Assembly: GCF_022846255.1 (NCBI RefSeq)
Contig: NZ_AP025682.1
Origin: Escherichia coli
Lineage (GTDB): Bacteria; Pseudomonadota; Gammaproteobacteria; Enterobacterales; Enterobacteriaceae
Strand: one strand, 5' to 3'
DNA: 64,000 bases
The translations under genes were made by a program, and so were the position numbers. Each line of letters begins with the position of its first letter. The stretch's first letter is position 1. Positions 41,678-53,084 of the stretch are shown here, piece by piece. The notes beneath the pieces are model-generated. The model was given only the letters and a program-made list of their open reading frames with translations, made no database searches and had not been told where the DNA came from.

Positions 41678-42163
41678 ATGCAAGTTTTTATCATGCGTCA
41701 CGGCGACGCAGCCCTCGATGCCGCCAGTGATTCGGTTCGTCCTCTGACCACTAACGGTTGTGACGAATCTCGCCTGATGGCGAACTGGCTGAAAGGTCAA
41801 AAAGTGGAAATCGAACGCGTTCTGGTGAGCCCGTTCCTGCGAGCCGAGCAAACACTGGAAGAAGTAGGGGATTGTCTGAACCTGCCTTCCAGTGCAGAAG
41901 TTCTGCCGGAGTTAACGCCCTGCGGCGATGTTGGTCTGGTCGGCGCCTATTTGCAGGCGTTGACCAATGAAGGTGTTGCTTCGGTACTGGTGATCTCCCA
42001 CTTACCGTTAGTCGGGTATCTGGTTGCCGAGTTATGTCCGGGCGAAACGCCGCCTATGTTTACCACGTCAGCGATTGCCAGCGTAACGCTTGATGAAAGC
42101 GGAAAAGGCCAATTCAACTGGCAAATGAGCCCTTGTAATTTGAAGATGGCAAAAGCAATTTAA
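41678..42163 (+). CDS. sixA: Phosphohistidine phosphatase SixA (161 aa)
   Basis: MQVFIMRHGDA... carries the RHG motif. Confidence 0.95.
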   Translation: MQVFIMRHGDAALDAASDSVRPLTTNGCDESRLMANWLKGQKVEIERVLVSPFLRAEQTLEEVGDCLNLPSSAEVLPELTPCGDVGLVGAYLQALTNEGVASVLVISHLPLVGYLVAELCPGETPPMFTTSAIASVTLDESGKGQFNWQMSPCNLKMAKAI

Positions 42164-42729
42164 GCAATCAATGCCCGGTTACGTGCGCGTACACCGGGCA
42201 GTTTCTCCGTCATACAATCATTCTTTTTCTTGTCTAAATGTTGTTAATATTTAACAACTCTCGATAGTTATTATATTTTCCCATTATTGAATCCCGTAAT
42301 AAAATAAAGAAGATAATGGTTTTGTGTCTTGAATATATATTTATTGATTTAATTAATATTAAATTTTAGCAATAAATAATGGTAAGGTCATTATAATTTT
42401 TTTAGTGTGCTTTATAAGCAATTCATTTTTGTTGATTATAATGGTTTGTTTTTTTGTTGATAATTCGCATGTTTTTTTGTTGGAAAGTGGTGAAAGTATT
42501 TTGTAGATGTATTAATTAATAAAATCTACATAAAGTGTTTAAGTATTACTAAATTGAGTTTTTTTATAGATAAGACCAACATACAGACACACCAGAGAAT
42601 ACTTGTTTACATTCTATGATTATATTGGAGTGTATATGTTCAATGGCTAACTATAAGTATCGGGCATACTATATATTAATTTTATGTCAGGTGTTTATAT
42701 TATAACTCTTAATGATTTAAGGACAAATA

Positions 42730-43296
42730 ATGAGTAAGTTTGCCAAAACAGCCATTGCTGCGGCGATGGTCATGGGCGCAGTTGTTTCCAGTTCTGCTTT
42801 TGCAGCAGGCAACAACGGTACCGCGCGCTTCTACGGCACCATTGAAGACTCCCCGTGCTCTATCGTTCCAGACGATCACAAACTGGAAGTCGATATGGGT
42901 GACATCGGTGCGGCTAAACTGACCGGCGGTGGCACTACCACACCGAAAGATTTCCAGATCCGTTTACAGGATTGCGTGTTTACCACTGAAACAAACATGG
43001 AGACCACGTTCACCGGTACTAACTACGCGGGGCCAGCCAACACGGATAACTATGCGTTATTCAATGTTGACAGCGGCGTTGCCATGAACCACGTGAGCCT
43101 GGTAATCGGCGATACCCATGGCAAAGGTTATAAAGTGGGCGAAAAGATTGTTCAGCCAATCGTGATGGATACTTCAACCAGCAAGGGTAAAGACAAGCAA
43201 ACGCTGAACTTTAAAGCCTGGCTGGTGGGTGAAACCGATGCGCCGGATCTCGGCCAGTTCGAAACCCTGACCACATTCCAGATTACCTATCTCTGA
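42730..43296 (+). CDS. yfcV: Fimbrial major subunit (188 aa)
   Basis: Signal peptide, fimbrial Cys pair, C-terminal ...TFQITYL. Confidence 0.9.
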   Translation: MSKFAKTAIAAAMVMGAVVSSSAFAAGNNGTARFYGTIEDSPCSIVPDDHKLEVDMGDIGAAKLTGGGTTTPKDFQIRLQDCVFTTETNMETTFTGTNYAGPANTDNYALFNVDSGVAMNHVSLVIGDTHGKGYKVGEKIVQPIVMDTSTSKGKDKQTLNFKAWLVGETDAPDLGQFETLTTFQITYL

Positions 43297-43370
43297 TGTG
43301 ACAACCCCACAGCGTTCTGCTGTGGGGTTATTCAACACGCAACAGATTTACGACTGTTTCACAAACGGAT

Positions 43371-46025
43371 ATGTGTATGCCTAATCACTCAAATTTTCGG
43401 CTGCGGGGAATCGCCTGCTATATTGCGCTGGCAATCTCTGGTGGGTCAGTCAATGCATGGGCTGATGATTCAATTCAATTTGACCCCCGTTTCCTTGAGT
43501 TAAAGGGCGATACGAAAATTGATCTCGGTAAGTTTTCAAAAAAAGGGTATGTCGACGCGGGTAAATATAATTTACGTGTATTTATAAATAAACAACCCCT
43601 TTCTGATGAATACGACATTAACTGGTACGTCTCTGAAAACGATCCAACAAAAACTTATGCCTGCCTGACACCTGAGTTAGTGGCGGCGCTGGGGCTGAAA
43701 GAAGGGATAGCAAAAAGCCTGCAGTGGACGCACAACGATGAATGCCTTAAACCGGGGCAATTAGACGGGATGGAAGTCGAGAATGATTTAAGCCAGTCGG
43801 CGTTGCTGCTGACAGTGCCACAGGCTTACCTCGAATATACCAGCAGCGACTGGGACCCTCCCTCACGCTGGGACGACGGTATTCCTGGCCTGATTGCCGA
43901 CTACAGCCTCAATGCGCAAACTCGCCACCAGGAGCAGGGGGGCGAGGACTCACATGATATCAGCGGCAACGGTACCGTTGGGGCGAACCTGGGGGCATGG
44001 CGTTTCCGTGCAGACTGGCAAAGTGATTATCAGCACACCCGCAGCAACGATGACGACGATGACAGCAGTAACAGCACAACGAGTAAACACTGGGACTGGA
44101 GTCGTTATTACGCCTGGCGAGCCTTGCCCTCTTTAAAAGCGAAGCTGTCGCTGGGGGAAGATTATCTCAATTCCGATATTTTCGACGGCTTTAACTATAT
44201 CGGCAGCAGCGTCAGCACCGATGACCAGATGCTGCCGCCCAACCTGCGCGGCTATGCACCGGATGTTTCCGGCGTGGCGCACAGCAGTGCAAAAGTCACC
44301 ATTAGCCAGATGGGCCGGGTACTTTACGAAACCCAGGTTCCAGCCGGGCCATTCCGCATTCAGGATATCGGCGACTCCGTCTCCGGCACACTGCACGTCC
44401 GCGTTGAAGAACAGAATGGTCAGGTGCAGGAATATGACGTTACGACCGCATCTATGCCATTCCTCACGCGCCAGGGGCAGGTGCGTTACAAAGTGATGAT
44501 GGGGCGTCCGGAAGACTGGAACCACAAGACCGAAGGCGGCTTTTTCTCCGGCGGAGAAGCGTCATGGGGGGTGGCAGATGGCTGGTCGCTTTACGGTGGT
44601 GCGCTGGCAGATAAACACTATCAGTCGGCGGCGATGGGGGTGGGGCGCGACCTCGCACAGTTTGGCGCGCTGGCGTTCGATGTGACTCACTCGCACGTCA
44701 ACCTGGATCATGACAGCGCATACGGCAAAGGAAAACTGGACGGCAACTCCTTTCGCGTGAGCTATGCCAAAGACTTTGACGAACTCAACAGCCGCGTCAC
44801 CTTTGCAGGCTACCGTTTCTCCGAAAAGAACTTCATGACCATGAGCGAGTATCTGGACGCGAACCAGTCGGACATGGCGCGGACCGGTAACGACAAAGAG
44901 ATGTATACGATCACCTATAACCAGAACTTTGCCGCTGCGGGTGTCTCTATCTATCTCAACTACTCCCATCGTACTTACTGGGATCGCCCGGAACAGACAA
45001 ACTATAACCTGATGTTTTCCCACTATTTTAATATGGGGAGCATTCGCAACATGAGCATCTCGGTGACCGGCTATCGCTACGAATATGACGATAATGCGGA
45101 TAAGGGGATGTACCTCAGTATGAGCATTCCGTGGAGCGACAGCAGCACCGTGACCTACAACGGTTCCTACGGCAGCGGGTCGGACAGCAGCCAGGTCGGT
45201 TACTTTAAGCGCGTCGATGACGCAACGCACTACCAGGTTAACGTTGGCACCAGCGAGCAGCACGGCAGCGTGGATGGTTATCTGAGCCACGACGGTTCGC
45301 TGGCGAAGGTTGATCTCAGCGCCAACTACCATGAAGGGGAATACCGTTCGGCGGGGATCGCCTTACAGGGCGGGGCAACGCTGACCGCGCATGGTGGGGC
45401 GCTGCACCGTACCCAGAACATGGGCGGCACGCGCCTGCTGATTGACGCCGACGGGATTGCCAACGTGCCGGTCGAAAGCAACGGCGCGCCGGTGTACACC
45501 AATATGTTTGGCAAGGCGGTGGTCGCCGATATTAACAACTACTATCGCAATCAGGCGTATATCGATTTAAACAACTTGCCGGAAGATGCGGAAGCCACCC
45601 AGTCGGTGGTGCAGGCGACTCTGACGGAAGGCGCAATCGGCTATCGTAAATTCAAAGTGATCAGCGGGCAAAAAGCGATGGCGGTACTGCGGTTGCGTGA
45701 CGGTAGCTACCCGCCGTTTGGCGCGGAAGTGAAAAACGACGAGCAGCAGCAGGTTGGCATTGTGGATGATGAAGGCAATGTCTATCTGGCGGGGGTCAAT
45801 GCGGACGAGCATATGATGGTGTTCTGGGAAGGCAGCGCACAATGCGAGATCGTATTGCCGAAGCCGCTACCTGCCGATTTGTTCAGCGGCCTGTTGTTGC
45901 CGTGTGAACAAAAGGGAACGGCAGCCCCTGATTCTTCAGCGCCAGAAATTAAGCCTGTTATTCAGGACCAGACGCGGCAAGTCACACCAACGGAAGCGCC
46001 GACGTCAATTTCAGCAACTCAATAA
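43371..46025 (+). CDS. yfcU: Fimbrial outer-membrane usher (about 882-884 aa), intact here
   Basis: Uninterrupted usher-length ORF between a fimbrial subunit gene and a chaperone gene; the start may be ATG 43377. Confidence 0.9.
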   Translation: MCMPNHSNFRLRGIACYIALAISGGSVNAWADDSIQFDPRFLELKGDTKIDLGKFSKKGYVDAGKYNLRVFINKQPLSDEYDINWYVSENDPTKTYACLTPELVAALGLKEGIAKSLQWTHNDECLKPGQLDGMEVENDLSQSALLLTVPQAYLEYTSSDWDPPSRWDDGIPGLIADYSLNAQTRHQEQGGEDSHDISGNGTVGANLGAWRFRADWQSDYQHTRSNDDDDDSSNSTTSKHWDWSRYYAWRALPSLKAKLSLGEDYLNSDIFDGFNYIGSSVSTDDQMLPPNLRGYAPDVSGVAHSSAKVTISQMGRVLYETQVPAGPFRIQDIGDSVSGTLHVRVEEQNGQVQEYDVTTASMPFLTRQGQVRYKVMMGRPEDWNHKTEGGFFSGGEASWGVADGWSLYGGALADKHYQSAAMGVGRDLAQFGALAFDVTHSHVNLDHDSAYGKGKLDGNSFRVSYAKDFDELNSRVTFAGYRFSEKNFMTMSEYLDANQSDMARTGNDKEMYTITYNQNFAAAGVSIYLNYSHRTYWDRPEQTNYNLMFSHYFNMGSIRNMSISVTGYRYEYDDNADKGMYLSMSIPWSDSSTVTYNGSYGSGSDSSQVGYFKRVDDATHYQVNVGTSEQHGSVDGYLSHDGSLAKVDLSANYHEGEYRSAGIALQGGATLTAHGGALHRTQNMGGTRLLIDADGIANVPVESNGAPVYTNMFGKAVVADINNYYRNQAYIDLNNLPEDAEATQSVVQATLTEGAIGYRKFKVISGQKAMAVLRLRDGSYPPFGAEVKNDEQQQVGIVDDEGNVYLAGVNADEHMMVFWEGSAQCEIVLPKPLPADLFSGLLLPCEQKGTAAPDSSAPEIKPVIQDQTRQVTPTEAPTSISATQ

Positions 46026-46044
46026 TCTGATTAAGGAACGATCA

Positions 46045-46797
46045 ATGTCTTATAAATTATCCTGTCCAATGCTCGTCAGCACAGCGCTGATGGCACTGCT
46101 TACCACCGCCAGCCTGACGGTGCATGCATCGGTCACCCCGGATCGCACCCGTCTGGTGTTTAACGAAAGCGATAAATCGATCAGCGTGACGTTGCGTAAC
46201 AACAACGAAAAGCTGCCTTACCTGGCGCAAAGCTGGCTGGAAGACGAGAAGGGCAACAAAATCACCTCGCCGCTGGCGGTACTGCCGCCGGTGCAGCGTA
46301 TTGACGCCATGATGAACGGCCAGGTGAAGATTCAGGCGCTGCCGGACATTCACACGCTGCCGTCCGACCGAGAAAGCCTGTTCTACTACAACGTGCGTGA
46401 GATCCCGCCAAAGACCGGGAAAGCCAACACCCTGCAAATTGCCCTGCAAACGCGCATCAAGCTGTTCTGGCGACCAAAGGCGCTGGAGAAGATTGACATG
46501 AGAAATCCGTGGCAGTTTAAGGTGACGCTCACGCGCAGCGGCCAGGACTATACCGTCAATAACCCGACGCCATACCACGTCATCATCAGCGATGCCAGCA
46601 CACAGAAGAAAGGGCCGACCGCAGCCGGGTTTAAACCGCTGGTGATGTCGCCGAAAACGTCACAGCCGTTAAAGGCAAAATTGGCGAGCGCCCCGGTGCT
46701 GACCTACATCAACGACTACGGCGCGCGCCTGCCGCTGATCTTCCGCTGTGAAGGGGACACCTGCAAGGTGGATGAAGATCAAAGCAGCAAAGGCTGA
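46045..46797 (+). CDS. yfcS: Periplasmic fimbrial chaperone (250 aa)
   Basis: ATG 46045. PapD-like motifs (RLVFNESDKSISVTLRN, FYYNVREIPP). Confidence 0.92.
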   Translation: MSYKLSCPMLVSTALMALLTTASLTVHASVTPDRTRLVFNESDKSISVTLRNNNEKLPYLAQSWLEDEKGNKITSPLAVLPPVQRIDAMMNGQVKIQALPDIHTLPSDRESLFYYNVREIPPKTGKANTLQIALQTRIKLFWRPKALEKIDMRNPWQFKVTLTRSGQDYTVNNPTPYHVIISDASTQKKGPTAAGFKPLVMSPKTSQPLKAKLASAPVLTYINDYGARLPLIFRCEGDTCKVDEDQSSKG

Positions 46798-46813
46798 TAA
46801 CGGGAGAAGCAAC

Positions 46814-47317
46814 ATGAAAGCGTTCTTTCTGGCCGGGTCTGCCGCGCTACTGCTGGCCTGTGGCTCGACCGTTTCCCCGGCAATGGCGGGCGGCAAAATC
46901 GTCAACCTGACGCTGCGCGTACTGGTGGATGGGCCACCGCCCTGCTCGATACAGGGAAGCGCGGTGGAGTTCGGCAGTGTGGTCATTAAAGGCATTAATG
47001 GCACCAACTACCGTCAGCCGGTGGGCTACACCATGAACTGTTCAAACAGCGTCAGCGACGACCTGCGAATGCAGCTTCAGGCCACCACCACCACAATTAA
47101 TGGTGAAACGGTGCTGAGTACCGGGATCGATGGCTTTGGCATTCGCATTCAGAATGCCACCGACCATTCGCTGGTGGCCGTGGGCAACAGTAGCTGGCTG
47201 CCGTTCAACATCAACACCCGGCCAGACTTCGAAGCCGTCCCGGTGAAGCAGAGCGGGGTGGAACTGATGGCATCGGAGTTTAACGCGACCATGACTATGG
47301 TGGTGGACTACCAATGA
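46814..47317 (+). CDS. yfcR: Fimbrial minor subunit (167 aa)
   Basis: Signal peptide and fimbrial-subunit C-terminus ...MTMVVDYQ. Confidence 0.85.
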   Translation: MKAFFLAGSAALLLACGSTVSPAMAGGKIVNLTLRVLVDGPPPCSIQGSAVEFGSVVIKGINGTNYRQPVGYTMNCSNSVSDDLRMQLQATTTTINGETVLSTGIDGFGIRIQNATDHSLVAVGNSSWLPFNINTRPDFEAVPVKQSGVELMASEFNATMTMVVDYQ

Positions 47318-47793
47318 AACGACTCGCGTGGTGCTTACTTTACGGTTTTGCTGGCCTGGCGCAGGCCGCGGTTAACGACGTTACTTTTCACGGCACGCTG
47401 GTCTCGCCGCCCGCCTGTACCATCAGCGACGGTAAGAGCATTGAAGTGGCGTTCAGCAATGTGATCATCGACAACATCAACGGCGACAACTTCCGCCAGG
47501 ACGTGCCTTACACCATCACCTGCGATCCTGATGTGCGCGACGACGCCTGGGAGATGAGTCTGACCTGGACGGGTCACCAGACCAGTTACGATGACGCCGC
47601 CATTGAAACCGACGTCGCTGGCCTGGGGATTGAGCTTCAGCAAAACGGCCAGCCGTTTAAAGTGGGCGAACAGTTGAAAATAGACCCGGCGAGCCCGCCG
47701 ACGCTGACCGCGGTGCCGGTAAAAGCCAGCGACGCGGCGCTCAGTGAAGGGAACTTCTCTGCCTGGGCAACCTTAACGGTGGATTACCAATGA
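47314..47793 (+). CDS. yfcQ: Fimbrial minor subunit (159 aa)
   Basis: Signal peptide, Cys pair, C-terminal ...ATLTVDYQ. Confidence 0.85.
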   Translation: MKRLAWCLLYGFAGLAQAAVNDVTFHGTLVSPPACTISDGKSIEVAFSNVIIDNINGDNFRQDVPYTITCDPDVRDDAWEMSLTWTGHQTSYDDAAIETDVAGLGIELQQNGQPFKVGEQLKIDPASPPTLTAVPVKASDAALSEGNFSAWATLTVDYQ

Positions 47794-48320
47794 ATCTGAC
47801 TCGCACACATTACCGCTACGCGGCGCTGGCGGCGTTGCTGGCGTACGGCGGCATGGCGCAGGCTGCTGACAACCTGCATTTCTACGGCAATTTACTCAGT
47901 AAATCCTGCACGCTGGTTATCCAGGGCGAAACGCTGGCAGAGGTGCATTTTCCCACCATCAGCCGTAAAGACCTGATGGCGACCGGTCAGTCGGCGCGGG
48001 TGCCGGTGGTGTTTCAGTTGAAAGATTGTAAAGGGCCAGCCCGGTATGAGGTTCGGGTGACGCTCACCGGCACGGAAGACAGCGAACAGCCCGGTTTTCT
48101 GGCGCTGGATGCGTCCTCAGGGGCGCAGGGCGTGGGGATTGGCATGGAAAAAACCGACGGAACGGCGGTGCCGATCAACAACACCAGCGGTGCGACCTTT
48201 GTGCTGAGTAACGGCAATAACAATCTGAATTTTAATGCCTGGCTCCAGGCGAAAAGCGGCCGGGAAGTGACGATGGGGGATTTTACCGCCTCCCTGACTG
48301 CGACATTTGAGTACATATAA
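47790..48320 (+). CDS. yfcP: Fimbrial minor subunit (176 aa)
   Basis: Signal peptide; C-terminal ...LTATFEYI. Confidence 0.85.
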   Translation: MNLTRTHYRYAALAALLAYGGMAQAADNLHFYGNLLSKSCTLVIQGETLAEVHFPTISRKDLMATGQSARVPVVFQLKDCKGPARYEVRVTLTGTEDSEQPGFLALDASSGAQGVGIGMEKTDGTAVPINNTSGATFVLSNGNNNLNFNAWLQAKSGREVTMGDFTASLTATFEYI

Positions 48321-48321
48321 A

Positions 48322-49164
48322 ATGAAAATACTACGATGGCTGTGCTGCCTGGTCATGCTGACTTGCTCAGCAGAAAGTCTGGCGGCGAAGAAAATTGCAA
48401 CATTGATAACCCCGCTGGCATATTCCGGATGGTCAACACAGATACACTATTATCTTGAGATTCTGACCCCTGAGGGTGTTGCATATGGTGTTTATAAACA
48501 ACATAGCATTATGCTTCAAGCTGAGAATTTGGATTTAGTTTCCTGGACCGGAAGTAATACAGTTGCGCCCACATTGAAAGCGGAATCTGTTCAATTGATT
48601 TCGGATTCAGCTTGCCCTGGGCTTGGTGAGTACGATACGGCGGCAAAGACATCTTCTTGGGACTGTGAGAATATTACGCTTGGCGTGTACTATGATGGGC
48701 CTGTGGACGGTTGCCCATGGTTGATTTCGACATATACAGATAGCATTATTCTGATGGATGGCATCGGCCCCTATGTCGGACCCAAAGTGCATAACTCATC
48801 GTGCCCCGTCTCCGTCGCTACTTATGATATTTCGTGGAGTGAAGATTATGTTGCCCATTCGAAAGTGCTGTCGCTGCAATCGACGGGCGGAACGATTGAG
48901 AAAACGCTGCCCACCTTCTTGATGGAAAGCGGCAAGCTCTGTGACAGTAGCGTAATGGATGACCGCGGCGCCTATTGCCGCTTTGTAGCGCAAATGATCA
49001 CCTTCTCCACCTCCGGCTGTGACAGTTCGAAAGTGACGGTTACACCCAACCCGTATCCCATTACTGACAAGCGACTGCACGACATGGTAGTGCGTGTCGA
49101 TACCAGCAGCCGCCAGCCGATTGATTCCACCTGCCGCTTCCAGTACACGCTCAACGAGCTGTAG
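48322..49164 (+). CDS. yfcO: Putative fimbrial tip adhesin-like protein (280 aa)
   Basis: Last gene of the operon; signal peptide MKILRWLCCLVMLTCSAESLA; Cys-rich. Confidence 0.8.
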   Translation: MKILRWLCCLVMLTCSAESLAAKKIATLITPLAYSGWSTQIHYYLEILTPEGVAYGVYKQHSIMLQAENLDLVSWTGSNTVAPTLKAESVQLISDSACPGLGEYDTAAKTSSWDCENITLGVYYDGPVDGCPWLISTYTDSIILMDGIGPYVGPKVHNSSCPVSVATYDISWSEDYVAHSKVLSLQSTGGTIEKTLPTFLMESGKLCDSSVMDDRGAYCRFVAQMITFSTSGCDSSKVTVTPNPYPITDKRLHDMVVRVDTSSRQPIDSTCRFQYTLNEL

Positions 49165-49487
49165 CGTATACACCACACACGATGCGGGGCCATCTGGCCC
49201 CGTTGTCCGTTATGTCATGCGGTCATCCAGTTTTTTAGAATATTCGCCACCACAGGAGCGAAAGGTGCCAGATAACCGTCAACGAGGGTGAGTAATTCGT
49301 CGATAAGCGCTTGCAGCAGGTCGTCATCCTCAAGCCCCTCTGAAGGGGCAATGCCATTAGCCCACAGAAGGCTGTCGGACAGCTGCTTACGTTTTTCAAT
49401 TAATGCCCGATTATTACGTTCATTATTGCCAGGGTTGAGACGCCAGTATTCAAGGCTAAATGGCCCGACTCATCCACCTTTTAATAT

Positions 49488-50039
49488 TCAGGGTAATTCC
49501 GGCGGCAACCACTCTTCCACTTCAATCAGCACCAACAACGCCGCATCGCCACCATACTCTTTTGGTGCCTGGTGAAATGCCATCACATGCGGATGTTGCG
49601 CCAGCCACAGCGGCGTTTGCTGCTTCAAAATATGCTTCCCGTGCCCATGCATCACGCAGGCACAAAACACATGTTCGCGGCGACAGGCGGCAATCAACGC
49701 CCCCAGTTCCTGTTTGGCTTGCAACTGCGTCAGACCGTGCAAATCAAGAAACAACTCCGGTGAATAATCACCGCGTCGCAACTTCTTCGCCTCAAAATGG
49801 CTGACACCCGGGCGAACATATTTGACCGGACCTTCGGTATTTAATAATGGTTGAAATTCGTCCGAAAAATAGTGGCTGGCATCGGCCTGTTCCTGAATCA
49901 ACCGCTTTACTGGTACTTCGCTGATTTTTTTACGCTGCGGTCGGTGGACAATCGTGTCCTGCTTAATCTTGCGAGTACCCGCCATCAACTGGCGAAACAG
50001 CGCCTGGTCCTCCTCGCTAAGTGTTGTTTTCTTTTTCAT
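49488..50039 (-). CDS. smrB: Smr-domain ribosome-rescue endonuclease SmrB (183 aa)
   Basis: [29 protein letters not shown]... with a C-terminal Smr domain (DLHGL..). Confidence 0.94.
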   Translation of the reverse strand: MKKKTTLSEEDQALFRQLMAGTRKIKQDTIVHRPQRKKISEVPVKRLIQEQADASHYFSDEFQPLLNTEGPVKYVRPGVSHFEAKKLRRGDYSPELFLDLHGLTQLQAKQELGALIAACRREHVFCACVMHGHGKHILKQQTPLWLAQHPHVMAFHQAPKEYGGDAALLVLIEVEEWLPPELP

Positions 50040-50204
50040 TTAACTGTCTCTATTTCTAATTTTCCTACAGTTTACCCGACTCGTAGCACAATCGATCGTT
50101 TTAAACGTATTTTTCCTCACTCACCGCGCGTGAATGCTGATTTATCGTCATCTTCATGGCAAACTAGCCGCCGAAATTATTGCGATCATGCCCTGGAGGA
50201 ATAC

Positions 50205-51137
50205 GTGGATAAAATTTTCGTTGATGAAGCAGTAAATGAGCTGCAAACCATTCAGGACATGTTGCGCTGGTCGGTGAGCCGCTTCAGCGCGGCGAATATC
50301 TGGTACGGCCACGGCACCGATAACCCGTGGGATGAAGCCGTGCAACTGGTGTTGCCTTCGCTCTACCTGCCGCTGGATATTCCGGAAGACATGCGCACCG
50401 CGCGTCTGACCTCCAGCGAAAAACACCGTATTGTTGAGCGCGTGATCCGCCGCGTCAACGAGCGCATTCCGGTGGCTTACCTGACCAACAAAGCCTGGTT
50501 CTGCGGCCATGAATTTTACGTCGATGAACGCGTGCTGGTGCCGCGCTCGCCGATTGGTGAACTGATCAACAATAAATTTGCCGGACTCATCAGCAAGCAA
50601 CCGCAGCATATTTTAGATATGTGTACCGGTAGCGGCTGCATCGCCATTGCCTGTGCTTATGCCTTCCCGGAAGCGGAAGTCGACGCGGTGGACATCTCTC
50701 CAGACGCGCTGGCGGTTGCTGAACAGAACATCGAAGAACACGGTTTGATCCACAACGTCATTCCGATTCGTTCCGACTTGTTCCGTGACTTGCCGAAAGT
50801 GCAGTACGACCTGATCGTCACCAACCCGCCGTACGTCGATGCAGAAGATATGTCCGACCTGCCAAACGAATACCGCCACGAGCCGGAACTGGGTCTGGCA
50901 TCTGGCACCGACGGCCTGAAACTGACGCGTCGCATTCTCGGTAACGCGGCAGATTACCTCGCTGATGATGGCGTGCTGATTTGTGAAGTGGGCAACAGCA
51001 TGGTACATCTTATGGAACAATATCCGGATGTTCCGTTCACCTGGCTGGAGTTTGATAACGGCGGCGATGGTGTGTTTATGCTCACCAAAGAGCAGCTTAT
51101 TGCCGCACGAGAACATTTCGCGATTTATAAAGATTAA
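50205..51137 (+). CDS. prmB: Ribosomal protein L3 Gln methyltransferase PrmB (310 aa)
   Basis: GTG 50205 gives (M)[21 protein letters not shown].... [13 protein letters not shown] motif and NPPY motif present. The longer track ORF (from 49851) overlaps smrB and is an artefact. Confidence 0.94.
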   Translation: MDKIFVDEAVNELQTIQDMLRWSVSRFSAANIWYGHGTDNPWDEAVQLVLPSLYLPLDIPEDMRTARLTSSEKHRIVERVIRRVNERIPVAYLTNKAWFCGHEFYVDERVLVPRSPIGELINNKFAGLISKQPQHILDMCTGSGCIAIACAYAFPEAEVDAVDISPDALAVAEQNIEEHGLIHNVIPIRSDLFRDLPKVQYDLIVTNPPYVDAEDMSDLPNEYRHEPELGLASGTDGLKLTRRILGNAADYLADDGVLICEVGNSMVHLMEQYPDVPFTWLEFDNGGDGVFMLTKEQLIAAREHFAIYKD

Positions 51138-51171
51138 GTAAACACGCAAACACAACAATAACGGAGCCGTG

Positions 51172-52257
51172 ATGGCTGGAAACACAATTGGACAACTCTT
51201 TCGCGTAACCACCTTCGGCGAATCGCACGGGCTGGCGCTCGGCTGCATCGTCGATGGTGTTCCGCCAGGCATTCCGCTGACGGAAGCGGACCTGCAACAT
51301 GACCTTGATCGTCGTCGCCCTGGGACATCGCGCTATACCACCCAGCGCCGCGAGCCGGATCAAGTCAAAATTCTCTCCGGTGTTTTTGAAGGTGTTACTA
51401 CTGGCACCAGCATCGGATTGTTGATCGAAAATACCGACCAGCGTTCTCAGGATTATAGTGCGATTAAGGACGTTTTCCGTCCAGGTCATGCCGATTACAC
51501 CTATGAACAAAAATACGGCCTGCGCGATTATCGCGGCGGTGGACGTTCTTCCGCCCGCGAAACCGCTATGCGCGTTGCAGCAGGGGCGATTGCCAAAAAA
51601 TATCTCGCCGAGAAATTTGGCATTGAGATTCGCGGCTGCCTGACCCAGATGGGTGATATTCCGCTGGAAATCAAAGACTGGTCGCAGGTCGAGCAAAATC
51701 CGTTTTTCTGCCCGGACCCGGACAAAATCGACGCGTTAGATGAACTGATGCGCGCGCTGAAAAAAGAGGGTGACTCCATCGGCGCGAAAGTCACCGTCGT
51801 TGCCAGTGGCGTACCCGCCGGACTTGGCGAGCCGGTTTTTGACCGCCTGGATGCCGACATCGCCCATGCGCTAATGAGCATTAACGCGGTGAAAGGTGTG
51901 GAAATTGGTGATGGTTTTGACGTGGTAGCGCTGCGTGGCAGCCAGAACCGTGACGAAATCACCAAAGACGGTTTCCAGAGCAACCATGCGGGCGGCATTC
52001 TTGGTGGTATCAGCAGCGGGCAGCAAATCATTGCCCATATGGCGCTGAAACCGACCTCAAGCATTACTGTGCCGGGGCGCACGATTAACCGCTTTGGCGA
52101 AGAAGTTGAGATGATCACCAAAGGCCGTCACGATCCGTGTGTTGGGATCCGCGCGGTGCCGATCGCTGAAGCGATGCTGGCGATCGTTTTAATGGATCAC
52201 CTGTTACGGCAACGGGCGCAAAATGCTGATGTGAAGACTGATATTCCACGCTGGTAA
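51172..52257 (+). CDS. aroC: Chorismate synthase AroC (361 aa)
   Basis: [20 protein letters not shown]... Confidence 0.97.
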   Translation: MAGNTIGQLFRVTTFGESHGLALGCIVDGVPPGIPLTEADLQHDLDRRRPGTSRYTTQRREPDQVKILSGVFEGVTTGTSIGLLIENTDQRSQDYSAIKDVFRPGHADYTYEQKYGLRDYRGGGRSSARETAMRVAAGAIAKKYLAEKFGIEIRGCLTQMGDIPLEIKDWSQVEQNPFFCPDPDKIDALDELMRALKKEGDSIGAKVTVVASGVPAGLGEPVFDRLDADIAHALMSINAVKGVEIGDGFDVVALRGSQNRDEITKDGFQSNHAGGILGGISSGQQIIAHMALKPTSSITVPGRTINRFGEEVEMITKGRHDPCVGIRAVPIAEAMLAIVLMDHLLRQRAQNADVKTDIPRW

Positions 52258-52259
52258 AA

Positions 52260-53084
52260 ATGAACAAAACTGCGATTGTGCTGCTGGCCCTGCTTGCCAG
52301 TAGCGCCAGCCTGGCAGCGACGCCGTGGCAAAAAATAACCCAACCTGTGCCGGGTAGTGCACAATCGATAGGCAGTTTTTCAAATGGCTGTATCGTCGGT
52401 GCTGACACGCTGCCGATACAGTCCGAACATTATCAGGTCATGCGTACCGATCAGCGTCGCTATTTCGGACACCCGGATCTGGTGATGTTTATCCAGCGTC
52501 TGAGTCGCCAGGTGAGCAATCTGGGTATGGGTACGGTGCTGATTGGCGATATGGGGATGCCTGCTGGTGGTCGTTTCAACGGCGGTCACGCCAGCCACCA
52601 GACTGGACTGGATGTCGATATCTTCCTGCAACTGCCAAAAACACGCTGGACCTCCGCGCAGCTCTTGCGCCCGCAAGCGTTAGATTTAGTTTCCCGCGAC
52701 GGTAAACACGTTGTCCCGACGCTGTGGAAGCCGGAAATTTTCAGCTTGATTAAACTCGCCGCGCAGGACAAAGACGTCACGCGCATTTTTGTTAATCCGG
52801 CGATTAAACAACAACTTTGCCTTGATGCGGGCACCGATCGCGACTGGTTACGCAAAGTGCGGCCCTGGTTCCAGCATCGCGCCCATATGCATGTACGACT
52901 ACGTTGTCCTGCCGATAGCCTGGAGTGTGAAGATCAACCTTTACCGCCACCGGGCGATGGTTGCGGGGCAGAACTGCAAAGCTGGTTTGAACCACCAAAA
53001 CCGGGAACAACAAAGCCTGAGAAGAAGACACCGCCTCCGTTGCCGCCTTCCTGCCAGGCGCTACTGGATGAGCACGTGATCTAA
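52260..53084 (+). CDS. mepA: Murein DD-endopeptidase MepA (274 aa)
   Basis: Signal peptide; peptidase M74 sequence with His-rich metal sites. Confidence 0.95.
   Translation: MNKTAIVLLALLASSASLAATPWQKITQPVPGSAQSIGSFSNGCIVGADTLPIQSEHYQVMRTDQRRYFGHPDLVMFIQRLSRQVSNLGMGTVLIGDMGMPAGGRFNGGHASHQTGLDVDIFLQLPKTRWTSAQLLRPQALDLVSRDGKHVVPTLWKPEIFSLIKLAAQDKDVTRIFVNPAIKQQLCLDAGTDRDWLRKVRPWFQHRAHMHVRLRCPADSLECEDQPLPPPGDGCGAELQSWFEPPKPGTTKPEKKTPPPLPPSCQALLDEHVI

Noticed and set aside
49851-50204. N-terminal extension of the prmB ORF (track ORF 49851..51137, 428 aa)
   Set aside because: The extension overlaps smrB on the other strand and the divergent promoter region. The conserved PrmB sequence begins at GTG 50205 (310 aa).
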